Part shown: positions 56,172 through 64,000 of the stretch, piece after piece
How the letters are laid out: the number at the start of each line of letters is the position of its first letter
Position numbering within the stretch: position 1 is the first letter of the stretch
Source: Chloroflexia bacterium
Lineage (GTDB): Bacteria; Chloroflexota; Chloroflexia; QHBQ01; JADMIH01
Length of the DNA: 64,000 nt
NCBI GenBank assembly: GCA_036386675.1
Contig: DASVVE010000023.1
Location: 7,786-71,785 of the forward strand
Direction: 5' to 3'
The notes under the pieces: model-generated
Databases searched by the model: none
The model's input: only the letters and a program-made list of their open reading frames with translations
Told to the model about the DNA's origin: nothing
Made by a program: the position numbers and the translations under genes

Positions 56172-56306
56172 GACTTTCAGGGCAGGGTGAGATTCCCGAC
56201 CGGCGGTAAGGCGAATGTCGTACAAAGCAGTTGCCAAGCCCGCGAGCCGCAAGGCAGACCCGGTGAGAAGCCGGGGCCGACGGTATAGTCCGGATGGAAG
56301 AAAGTC
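56172..56306 (+). promoter_or_regulatory. FMN riboswitch (RFN element) aptamer
   Basis: P1 pairs GACUUUC with GAAAGUC. Conserved blocks are AGGGCAGGGUGAGAUUCCCGACCGGCGGUAA, AGCCCGCGAGCC, CCGGUGAGAAGCCGGGGCCGACGGUAUAGUCCGGAUGGAAGAAAG. This is a near-textbook match to the B. subtilis ribD leader as I recall it. Confidence 0.9.
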
Positions 56307-56404
56307 GAACAAGCCGCACGCGCGGTGGCATCTCATGCAGGGCCGCGCGGTCGAAGGCCGGGTCATCCCGGTGTTCGCGCATGGGGCTGTTCACGATTCC
56401 TCGA

Positions 56405-56438
56405 CCCTGGTAGCTGCAAGGCAACCGGGGATTTTTTT
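56405..56438 (+). terminator. Riboswitch expression-platform terminator
   Basis: CCCUGGUAGC-UGCAAG-GCAACCGGGG stem-loop followed by AUUUUUUUA, directly in front of ATG 56439. Confidence 0.6.
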
Positions 56439-57338
56439 ATGGGCTATGCAGAGACAGAGACAACCACGCCACAGAACATGAGTGGCTACAACCGCATAAC
56501 CGGTGTTCCTACCGGGCCGCGTAACGGGCACCCCGAACAGGATGCCGTGTTGCTTGCGCCAGATGAGCCGGACAGGGCGCTTGCCGTACGCACTACCCTG
56601 CTGCGGGCGTTGGTGGGGTTAGTGGCACTGGCGGGGCTGGTGTTGGTCTGGTGGCTGCTGGTGGCGGTGGGCAATTATCCGCCGTTCATCTTGCCCGCGC
56701 CGCTGGACGTGGCTGAGCGGACCTGGAGCATGCTGCTTGACGGCTCGCTGTGGCTGCATTTCGGCACTACCACGCTTGAGGCGGGGCTGGGGTTTGTGCT
56801 GGCGCTGCTGGTCGGATTGCCGCTTGGTTACTTGCTGGCGCATAGCAGGCGGCTTGAGCGGGTGGTCAGCCCCTACATCGCCGTCAGCCAGGGGTTGCCG
56901 GTGGTGGCTATCGCGCCTCTGCTGGTGCTCTGGTTGCAGGATGATTTGGCGCGCAAGGTGGTGATTGTCGCGCTTATCGTGTTCTTCCCGCTGCTGGTAA
57001 ACGCCGTCGTGGGGCTGCGCGGGATTGACAGGTCGATGCTGGAGGTGGCGCGGATATCGGGCGCGAACCGCTGGCAGACGATCTGGTACGTGGAGCTGCC
57101 GCTGAGCCTGCGGGCGCTGCTGGGGGGGGTGAAGCTGGGGCTTACCCTCTCGATCACAGGCGCGGTGGTGGGCGAGTTTGTGTCGTCGGGGGCGGGGCTG
57201 GGGTTCCTGCTCATGCTGGGTAGGGGGCTGTTCGATACGACGCTCATCTTCGTGGGGCTGGTGTCGCTGGCCTTCCTCACGGTGGTGGCGTACCTGGGGG
57301 TTAGCCTGCTGGAGAAGTGGCTGATTAGCTGGGAGTAG
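56439..57338 (+). CDS. ribX: ABC transporter permease (NitT/TauT-ThiX type), predicted riboflavin transporter component RibX
   Basis: Six hydrophobic helices with a BPD_transp_1-like loop (EVARISGANRWQTIWYVELPLSL). It sits under the FMN riboswitch. Start is uncertain (ATG 56439 or 56478, neither with an SD). Confidence 0.75.
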   Translation: MGYAETETTTPQNMSGYNRITGVPTGPRNGHPEQDAVLLAPDEPDRALAVRTTLLRALVGLVALAGLVLVWWLLVAVGNYPPFILPAPLDVAERTWSMLLDGSLWLHFGTTTLEAGLGFVLALLVGLPLGYLLAHSRRLERVVSPYIAVSQGLPVVAIAPLLVLWLQDDLARKVVIVALIVFFPLLVNAVVGLRGIDRSMLEVARISGANRWQTIWYVELPLSLRALLGGVKLGLTLSITGAVVGEFVSSGAGLGFLLMLGRGLFDTTLIFVGLVSLAFLTVVAYLGVSLLEKWLISWE

Positions 57339-57394
57339 TGGTTAGTGGTTAGTGGTTAGTGGTTAGTGGTTAGTGGTTAGTGGTTAGTGGTTAG
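57339..57394 (+). repeat. (TGGTTAG)8 tandem heptamer array, no complementary arm
   Basis: Eight exact units start 1 nt after the ribX TAG stop. Same unit as the hairpin at 40818. Confidence 0.95.
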
Positions 57395-57442
57395 TTAGAG
57401 TTTGCGCGAACAAATTACGAGGATTTAGGAGATTACACAGAA

Positions 57443-58525
57443 ATGTATAAGAAGCTTGGCAAACACATAGTGGTTCTTTTGATACTTGCGATTGCCCTAT
57501 CTGGCTGTGGCACTCCGCAGACCGAGGCTAACACGCCGGGACCTCAGCCGGGAGAGACGGCATCCCCGACGACGGAGGGCACACCCGCCACGCTCACGAA
57601 GGTGACCATCGCGCTGGGCTACATACCTGACGTGCAGTTCGCGCCCTTCTACGTGGCGTTGCACAGGGGGTACTATCGCGCCGAAGGGCTGGACGTTACC
57701 CTGCGCAACGGCATAGTTACGGACCTGGTTGGGGAGCTTGGCACGGGGGCGAACAACGTGAACTTCGCGGCGGTGTCAGGCGACGAATTGATACCGGCGA
57801 GGGCCGCGGGGGTGCCGGTGAAGTACGTCATGACGTGGTACAGGCAGTATCCGGTGGCGGCAGCGTCCATCGTAGGCAAGGGTCCGACGCTCAGTAGCCC
57901 GGCGGACCTGAAGGGCAAGGTCGTGGGGATACCCGGTCCGTATGGGGCCAACTACATCGGGTTGCAGGCGCTGCTCAAGGCGGCAGGGCTTACCTTGCAG
58001 GACGTTCAGATCAAGAACATCAACTTCACGCAGGCCGCCAGCCTGTCGGCGGGGCAGGTGGACGTGGCGATGGTGTATGCCGCCAACGAGCCAACGCAGC
58101 TTCGCAGCCAGGGCTTCGAGGTGAGCACGCTGCCGGTATCTGACTACGCGGCGCTTGCCTCTAATGGCCTTGCGACCAACGAGAAGACGCTCAGTGAGAA
58201 CCCCGACCTGGTGCGGCGGGTGGTGCGCGCTACGCTGAAGGGCATCAATAGCACTGTGGACGACCCGGAGGGGGCCTTCCAGGAGTCGCTCAAGCAGATA
58301 CCGGAGCTTAGCAAGGACGAGAGCACGCAGCAGCTTCAGCGCCAGGTTCTCACGGAGACGATCAAGTTAATGCAACCGAAGCCCGGCGACCCCTCAGCCG
58401 ATCAGCCCGTAGGCTGGGTTGACGCGGACGTGTGGACGAAGACCCAGGACGCGCTGTTCGATTTCGGCATCATCAAGAAGAAGCTGGATGTCGAGGAGAT
58501 GTTCACGAACGAGTTTGTGGATTAG
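57443..58525 (+). CDS. ribY: ABC transporter substrate-binding lipoprotein (NMT1/THI5-like), predicted riboflavin-binding RibY
   Basis: Lipobox LALSGCG. NMT1-like ITIALGYIPDVQFAPFYVALHRGYY. Co-transcribed with ribX under the FMN riboswitch. Confidence 0.75.
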   Translation: MYKKLGKHIVVLLILAIALSGCGTPQTEANTPGPQPGETASPTTEGTPATLTKVTIALGYIPDVQFAPFYVALHRGYYRAEGLDVTLRNGIVTDLVGELGTGANNVNFAAVSGDELIPARAAGVPVKYVMTWYRQYPVAAASIVGKGPTLSSPADLKGKVVGIPGPYGANYIGLQALLKAAGLTLQDVQIKNINFTQAASLSAGQVDVAMVYAANEPTQLRSQGFEVSTLPVSDYAALASNGLATNEKTLSENPDLVRRVVRATLKGINSTVDDPEGAFQESLKQIPELSKDESTQQLQRQVLTETIKLMQPKPGDPSADQPVGWVDADVWTKTQDALFDFGIIKKKLDVEEMFTNEFVD

Positions 58526-58535
58526 GGTATGTGGG

Positions 58536-58863
58536 CTGAAACGGGGTTCTGAAACGGGGTTCTGAAACGTGAAACGTGATGCGGCTTGCTATTGTTGGTG
58601 CGTGAATACGAGGTCATTGATATACAGGGGCCATATTCCCCCTGTCATCCTGAACGCAGTGAAGGATCTCAAGAAGTTGAGGAGTGGTGCTGTTGAACGT
58701 GTGGGTCACGGTGCTACAGGTTCAGTGCCGTGGTAAGAGGAGCATCTGAGATCCTTCACTGCGTTCAGGATGACAGGGGGAATATGGTCCCGCCAAAGTA
58801 AACGTCTAGCATCCACGAACCAACCATAGCAAACCGCATCACGTTTCACGTTTCACGTTTCAG
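58536..58863. repeat. Family 1 composite element, full form (inner module 58629..58790 with 43-bp near-perfect arms)
   Basis: CTGAAACGGGGTTCTGAAACGGGGTTCTGAAACGTGAAACGTGATGCGGC forms the left cap. The inner arm GGCCATATTCCCCCTGTCATCCTGAACGCAGTGAAGGATCTCA is mirrored at 58747-58790. The right cap CCGCATCACGTTTCACGTTTCACGTTTCAG contains the stop of the MBL-like gene. Confidence 0.9.
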
Positions 58864-59584
58864 ATCCACCTCCCCGCAACTCGTCCCATACGTGGCGTAT
58901 GTTATCGAGATGGGCATGGAGGTGAGGGAAGTCGTCGTAGAGGTCGGCGGCGACCTGGAGGAGGCGGTCGAGGAGTATGCCCGAGGCGGCGGAGGTGCCT
59001 ACGTGGCGGACCAGGGAGGTGACGTAGTTGCGGTCGTTGTCGATGCGGGCTTTGATGGCGCGCTTGCCGGTGGCGGATGCACCGCGCGAGGATATGGCGA
59101 GCCTTGTGTCTAGGGCCTCTACTGTTTCCAGGGCCTCAAGGTAGGCATCGGGTCCGCCTGACAGGTTGGGCACACCTGCACCCGGCTCCGGCAATATATC
59201 ACCGGCCAGTAGTATGCGCTCTTTCGTTTCGTAGAGGGCAATGCGGGCATGGGGGCCGGGGAGCGGTACGACATCCCAGGCCGGCATGGAGATGGGCAGG
59301 GGAATGCGGCCCTTGAACATATTGGCGGAGAAGAGAGGCAGAGTGGGCCAGGCTGATGAGGGTTCCGTGGGGCCAGGCACCGGCTCGTTGGCCGGCGCGC
59401 TGCCGGTTAGCACCACGGCCTCTAAATCGACGCTCATCTCGGCCACGAAGCGGTTTACGGCATCAGGTAGGCCGGGGTCTACGACCACCGCCCCGGTGTC
59501 GCCTACCAGCACGAGGAAGTTACGCCCTGAGGCATCCCCCTGGAAAAGCCACAGGCCTGGTACGACCTCATGAGCTTCGATCAA
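58853..59584 (-). CDS. MBL-fold-like protein with a degenerate metal-binding motif
   Basis: GLWLFQGDASGRNFLVLVGDTGAVVVDPG and ILLAGDILP resemble the metallo-beta-lactamase fold. The HxHxDH position reads LTGSAPANE. The TTG start is preceded by AGGAG. The C terminus GGGSET plus stop is encoded by the repeat. Confidence 0.5.
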   Translation of the reverse strand: MIEAHEVVPGLWLFQGDASGRNFLVLVGDTGAVVVDPGLPDAVNRFVAEMSVDLEAVVLTGSAPANEPVPGPTEPSSAWPTLPLFSANMFKGRIPLPISMPAWDVVPLPGPHARIALYETKERILLAGDILPEPGAGVPNLSGGPDAYLEALETVEALDTRLAISSRGASATGKRAIKARIDNDRNYVTSLVRHVGTSAASGILLDRLLQVAADLYDDFPHLHAHLDNIRHVWDELRGGGSET

Positions 59585-59599
59585 GTTACGCTCCTGGTT

Positions 59600-59909
59600 C
59601 TGAAACGTGAAACGTGAAACGTGATGCGGCTTGTGATGTTTGGTACGTGAATATGAGGCTGCTCGATTGCAGGGCCGAGTCTCTACTTTGTCATTCTGAA
59701 CGCAGTGAAGAATCTCGTCCTCTACCCCGATGTTTCCCTTTTCTTAGGGCACACTGTTACCAATCGAAAAGTGCTCCTTGGGTGCTGTAGGACGAGATTC
59801 TTCACTGCGTTCAGAATGACAAAGGCCCTACGGCGACTCGCAACTAAAGCAGAGTCCCATTCACGTACCTATTGAGCAAGCCGCATCACGTTTCAGATCC
59901 ACGTTTCAG
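59600..59909. repeat. Family 1 composite element, full form (inner module 59687..59824)
   Basis: CTGAAACGT x3 then GATGCGGC, GGTACGTGAATA ... the inner inverted repeat ... CATTCACGTACC, GCCGCATCACGTTTCAGATCCACGTTTCAG. It fills the pknB-to-MBL gap. Confidence 0.9.
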
Positions 59910-59913
59910 CATC

Positions 59914-61896
59914 CTACTGCCTGCGGCGCAGCACGATGTTGACTACGCCATTTTCTTCTATCTCGGTGCCAGGGGCTGGGTCGGTGCGCAGGACCGCGCC
60001 GGGCGGGACGCTCTCGTTCGGGTCGTCTTCTTCTGTGACGGAGCCTACCGAGAGGCCGAGGGATTCCAGGCGTTGTTGTGCGAGTTCGAGGTTTTCGGTG
60101 CCTCGCAGGTCGGGCACGCGCTGGCTCCTGCCCAGGCTGATGTAGATAGTCACAGCCTGGCCCGACTTGACGCTGGTGTCGGCGGGAGGGTCGGTCCGGG
60201 TGACTATACCTTTTTGCACGGCATCACTGCCCTCGTAGGCGATTGTCACCCGCAGGCCGGTGCTTTCCAGCACGCCGCGCGCCTCGTTGGGGTCGGTGTT
60301 GGTCAGGTTGGGCAGCTTGAACGCGGGCGGGCCACGGCTGACGCGCACGGCTATCTGGCTCGTCTGCTTGAGGATGGAGTTTTCGGGCGGGTCTTGCTGG
60401 GCTACCACGCCTTCAGGCCACTCCACGCTGTCTATGCGGTCCAACTCGAACAGCTGGAAGCCGTTCTGCCGCGCAATCACTATGGCGTCCTGCACCCGCA
60501 GTCCGACCAAGTTCGGCACAGGCACCGATTGAGGGGTGCTGGTGGCGGTTGGAGTGAGGGTGGGGGTGGAGGTGGGCGTGTTGGTGGGAGGCACGGCCGT
60601 GTTGGTGGGGGTGGCTGTGGGCACGGTGGGCGTGGCGGTGGGGCTGGGTATGACGCGTACCTGGAAGAGGCCCGGCAGGTTGGGGCCGATTACGATAACG
60701 CCGCCAATCAGGACGGCCAGTATGCCCAATGTGATGAACGTGATAGCGGCAATCATGCAGCCGGAGCTACCCGCACCCGACTGGGCGCGGGGCACCGGGG
60801 CGACGGCCATCGAGGTCGGGCTGCCAAGCGGGCTGGTCATGCCCCTGGTCGGAAGCGTGCCCGCCGCCGCGCCGCCCATTGCGTAGGCCCCTCGTGGCCC
60901 CGCGCCAACGCGTAAGGAGCCGGTAGCGGGACCGGAGGCGCTCATGCGGCTTGTCCTGGCACCCACCTGGGGAGGCTGCTGGCCGCGCGGCCGGGGCTGA
61001 ATGTTCACCTGGGCGACGGGCACCTCCATCGTGGGTTGCTGGCCGCCCATTTGTATCGCCCGGAGCGCCTTCTCCATCTCCGCCGCGCTGCCGAACCGCT
61101 GTTGAGGGTCCTTAGCCATCGACTTCAGGATGACGGCATCGAGGCGTGGGGGCACGGAGGGATTCAGGTTGCGGGCCGAAGGGGCCTCTTCGGAGATGTG
61201 CTTGTAGGCTAGGCCCATGATGTTTTCGCTCTCGAACGGCAAGCGCCCGGTGAGCATTTCGTAGAGGGTCACACCTACAGCGTAGATGTCGGACTGGGGC
61301 ACCACGCGCTCGCCCTTGGCCTGTTCGGGGGAGAAATAGTGGGCGGTGCCGAGCGCAAGTCCAGCCTCGGTGAGACCCAGGTCGGACACGCTCTTGGCGA
61401 TGCCGAAGTCGGTGACTTTGACCGCGCCATCAGGCGTGATAAGCACGTTCTGGGGCTTGATGTCGCGGTGGATGAGGCCGCTACGGTGGGCGTACTCAAG
61501 GCCCGCGAGGATCTGTGCGGCGACCGAAATAGCTTTGCCGATGGGCAGGGGCGAGGAGCGATTGATGTAGCTCTTGAGGCTCTCGCCGTTGATGTACTCC
61601 ATTACGATGTAATGGATATCGCCGTCCTGCCCCACGTCGTAGACGTTGACGATGTTGGGGTGGGCGAGATTGGCGGCGGCCTGGGCTTCGCGCCGGAAGC
61701 GGGCGACGAATTGGGCGTCGGTGGAATATTGCTCGCGGAGCACCTTGATGGCGACGATGCGGCCCAGGATGTTGTCGCGGGACTTGTAGACCTGGGCCAT
61801 GCCACCGCCGCCTACCACGCTGATGAGTTGGTACCGCCCGTTGAGCACGCGACCTATTCCGCCGCTCGTATTTTCGCCGCCGCTGTTGTCAGCCAA
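59914..61896 (-). CDS. pknB: Ser/Thr protein kinase with extracellular PASTA repeats (PknB/Stk1-like)
   Basis: Kinase motifs GGGGMAQVY, VAIKVL, HRDIKPQNVL, DFGIAK and SPEQA are present. They are followed by one TM helix, a Thr/Pro-rich linker and three PASTA-like modules. Confidence 0.9.
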   Translation of the reverse strand: MADNSGGENTSGGIGRVLNGRYQLISVVGGGGMAQVYKSRDNILGRIVAIKVLREQYSTDAQFVARFRREAQAAANLAHPNIVNVYDVGQDGDIHYIVMEYINGESLKSYINRSSPLPIGKAISVAAQILAGLEYAHRSGLIHRDIKPQNVLITPDGAVKVTDFGIAKSVSDLGLTEAGLALGTAHYFSPEQAKGERVVPQSDIYAVGVTLYEMLTGRLPFESENIMGLAYKHISEEAPSARNLNPSVPPRLDAVILKSMAKDPQQRFGSAAEMEKALRAIQMGGQQPTMEVPVAQVNIQPRPRGQQPPQVGARTSRMSASGPATGSLRVGAGPRGAYAMGGAAAGTLPTRGMTSPLGSPTSMAVAPVPRAQSGAGSSGCMIAAITFITLGILAVLIGGVIVIGPNLPGLFQVRVIPSPTATPTVPTATPTNTAVPPTNTPTSTPTLTPTATSTPQSVPVPNLVGLRVQDAIVIARQNGFQLFELDRIDSVEWPEGVVAQQDPPENSILKQTSQIAVRVSRGPPAFKLPNLTNTDPNEARGVLESTGLRVTIAYEGSDAVQKGIVTRTDPPADTSVKSGQAVTIYISLGRSQRVPDLRGTENLELAQQRLESLGLSVGSVTEEDDPNESVPPGAVLRTDPAPGTEIEENGVVNIVLRRRQ

Positions 61897-62068
61897 TAGC
61901 TACCCCAATCACCCGACATGCAACAATTCTGCGCGCTGGCACACACCTTGCGCTATAGTCTCGGACCCAGCACGGAGCGTCGCGTACACTTTTGCACATT
62001 GAATAGGTACGCATAACACTCCTGATAAAGATTGTAAACCAGCCTATGGGGCATGTCAAACGTTTTGG

Positions 62069-62139
62069 GTTGTTAGTTGCCAGTTGTTAGTTGTTGGTGC
62101 TGAGATCAAATTCGCAATCCGAAATCCGAATTTCCAAAT
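62069..62139. repeat. Adjacent half-elements: GTTGTTAGTTG simple repeat plus a single family 2 arm
   Basis: GTTGTTAGTTGCCAGTTGTTAGTTGTTGGTG (62069-62099), then CAAATTCGCAATCCGAAATCCGAATTTCCAAAT (62107-62139) with no partner arm. Confidence 0.7.
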
Positions 62140-62185
62140 ACCTATGTTACAATAGCCCTATTATGGGCTGTGCGCGGAGGAACTG

Positions 62186-62905
62186 ATGGACACACCTAAC
62201 ACGCGGGGCTTTAACGAGCAAGATTCGCGGGATAACAGGACCAGCGAGGGTCCCACGTCTACTCCTGTTGAGGGCCGGGACATGGTTGGCGAGGGGAGGA
62301 GCCTGGCCCCTGAGCAAGACCCGGTGAACGCGGTAAACCCCATGGCTAGCCCCAGCAGCTATTCCCTGAACGCGATAGAGGCAGGGGATACGCCGCTAGA
62401 TGAGGAGCTTGACTTGCTGGTGGACCCGGATATGGATCGCGAGCAGTTGAGCAACAACCCGGACGTGCTCAATCTCGACGCTAGCTGGCGGGTGGAGAGC
62501 GAGGAAGCCGATTTCATGGGCGACCCAGGTACCACGGATATTATAGAGGCGATTGAGGAAGGCGAGCCTTATTTCCCGCCGACCGACCCACCGCTGAGGA
62601 CCGTGGGCCTGAACAACGTGGAGACGCTAGGCGGCTTCTCTATCACCTCCCTTGAGGAGCCGACAGAGCCGGTGGACGACCCGGTGCGTCTGCAACTCAA
62701 CGACGACGAGATTGCCGGGCGGGTGCGCTATGCCCTCGCTACAGATGCATATACTGCCGACCTCAATATTGAGGTGGAGGTGCAGGACGGGACGGTGTAC
62801 CTGCACGGCACCGTCGGCTCGCTGGACGATGTAGAGCAGGCGGAGCAGATAGCGGGCAGCGTGCCGGGTGTGATTGAAGTGGAAGAGGATTTGGAGATAG
62901 TTTAG
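62186..62905 (+). CDS. BON domain protein with an acidic N-terminal region
   Basis: The C-terminal VRYALATDAYTADLNIEVEVQDGTVYLHGTVGSLDDVEQAEQIAGSVPGVIEVEEDL is a BON domain. SD GGAGG lies upstream. TGtTACAAT (extended -10) is at 62145-62153. Confidence 0.75.
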   Translation: MDTPNTRGFNEQDSRDNRTSEGPTSTPVEGRDMVGEGRSLAPEQDPVNAVNPMASPSSYSLNAIEAGDTPLDEELDLLVDPDMDREQLSNNPDVLNLDASWRVESEEADFMGDPGTTDIIEAIEEGEPYFPPTDPPLRTVGLNNVETLGGFSITSLEEPTEPVDDPVRLQLNDDEIAGRVRYALATDAYTADLNIEVEVQDGTVYLHGTVGSLDDVEQAEQIAGSVPGVIEVEEDLEIV

Positions 62906-63020
62906 AGGTAACAGGTAACGAGTAACACGTAACGCGTTAGGTGGCTAAAGCGAGCGTGTGGCTTAAGGAGTAATTATCTTGCGCCCGCACCATTACGTGT
63001 TACACGTTACCTGTTACTCC
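62905..63020. repeat. GGTAACN-heptamer hairpin filling the BON-PHP gap
   Basis: GAGGTAACAGGTAACGAGTAACACGTAACGCG (from the last nt of the TAG stop) pairs with CATTACGTGTTACACGTTACCTGTTACTCC, which ends 2 nt before ATG 63023. Confidence 0.9.
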
Positions 63021-63022
63021 CC

Positions 63023-63928
63023 ATGAAACAGATGAACAACACGCACACAAATCCCAATAGCAGCGGGCGGCTGTCGGGTGTCACGATACCGGCGGACGCT
63101 TACATTGACCTGCACATGCACACCACGGCCTCGGATGGGCGTTTCACGCCGGAGGAGCTGGCGAAGGCCGCGCACGAACTGGGGCTGGCGGTTATCGCGC
63201 TGGCGGACCACGACCGGGTGGACAACGTGCTGCCGCTGCAAAGGGAGGCAGGGCGGTACGGGGTGCACGTGATACCGGCGGTGGAGGTGTCGTGCGTGTG
63301 GGGCGAGGTGCAGTATCACATGCTGGTGTACAACGTGGACCTCACCGATGATAGCGTTGTGGGGCCGCTGAATCAGGCGAGAGACAGGTACGCAGAGATA
63401 TGCGCGAAGGGTATTGAGGAACTGGCAAGGCAGGGCAAGGCTATCGACCCGGCGGTGCTGGCGATTTGCACCAGGGGGCAACCTATCGCGCCCTACCACG
63501 TTTTCCAGGCGATCATCAAGCACGAGTACGCGCCAAACATGAAGGAGGCGCACGAGCTTGCCAAGACTGTGGGTGTGGACTTCCTTCCCCAGGCCGACAT
63601 GCGAGATATGATCCAGCGGGCGCGCAGCAGTGGGGCTATCCCCATACTGGCCCACCCCGCACGCGCCGAACCGGGCTTCAACCCACCGAGCGAGGAGACC
63701 CTGCGCGAGATGATAGAGGCCGGGCTGATGGGCTTCGAGGTGTGGCACCCGTTCCACTCGTCCTACGACACGGCTTATTATATGAAGCTGTGCCAGGACC
63801 ATCACTTGCTTATGTCAAGCGGTTCGGATACGCACTCGCCGCAGGACCCGCGCCGCAAGCTGACAAGGTGGCCCGCAGCGCATGTTAGCTGGTTGCTGGC
63901 GGCGTGTGGGGTGAGTTTGGAGAGCTAA
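63023..63928 (+). CDS. PHP domain metal-dependent phosphoesterase (TrpH/YciV-like)
   Basis: YIDLHMHTTASDGRFTPEELA...AVIALADHD...IPAVEVS...ILAHP...GFEVWHP...SGSDTH are PHP motifs. Confidence 0.8.
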   Translation: MKQMNNTHTNPNSSGRLSGVTIPADAYIDLHMHTTASDGRFTPEELAKAAHELGLAVIALADHDRVDNVLPLQREAGRYGVHVIPAVEVSCVWGEVQYHMLVYNVDLTDDSVVGPLNQARDRYAEICAKGIEELARQGKAIDPAVLAICTRGQPIAPYHVFQAIIKHEYAPNMKEAHELAKTVGVDFLPQADMRDMIQRARSSGAIPILAHPARAEPGFNPPSEETLREMIEAGLMGFEVWHPFHSSYDTAYYMKLCQDHHLLMSSGSDTHSPQDPRRKLTRWPAAHVSWLLAACGVSLES

Positions 63929-64000
63929 AGGCTCGGATGCTATCTGCCTGGGTGGCCCGTCCTCGGCATGCCAGGCCCACCGGGAGGGCCGACTGTCCTC

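Overview
GC-rich (about 60% G+C by eye, not computed) bacterial chromosomal segment, densely coding on both strands. I see no rRNA, tRNA, CRISPR array, transposase, integrase or phage gene. An SLH-anchored surface protein, a PASTA Ser/Thr kinase, a T-box leader on pheST and an FMN riboswitch before a RibXY-type transporter suggest a Chloroflexota-like lineage (inference only). Left to right: (1) the 3' 3.7 kb of a large SLH surface protein. (2) A ~19 kb surface-glycan cluster (3975-23200) with a priming phosphoglycosyl transferase, one GT2, four GT4, two CelD-like GNAT acyltransferases flanking a DegT-like protein, two CE4 deacetylases, a Wzx flippase, a Wzy_C/O-antigen-ligase-family protein, a Wzz-like protein and a DUF218 protein. 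(3) A C26 amidohydrolase-like protein, hutI, asparaginase, an O-methyltransferase and murI. (4) The conserved minus-strand block rpsB-tsf-pyrH-frr-uppS-[membrane protein]-dxr-rseP, where the usual cdsA slot holds a protein without the CdsA signature. (5) Envelope genes: Zn-ribbon membrane protein, GT39/PMT-like enzyme, LiaF-like protein, PspC. (6) T-box-controlled pheS-pheT. (7) Assorted genes: a HisC-like protein lacking the PLP lysine, DUF92, a GlcD-like oxidase, DUF4388, FMN riboswitch plus ribXY, a degenerate MBL-fold protein, a pknB-like kinase, BON and PHP proteins. The most unusual content is non-coding. Nearly every intergenic gap holds a palindromic element built from short tandem units, mostly heptamers: about 28 copies of roughly ten sequence families. 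Some are nested inside each other, several supply the stop codon and last residues of adjacent genes, and one sits inside the pheS T-box leader. All domain and family names come from motifs recognised by eye; no search was run.
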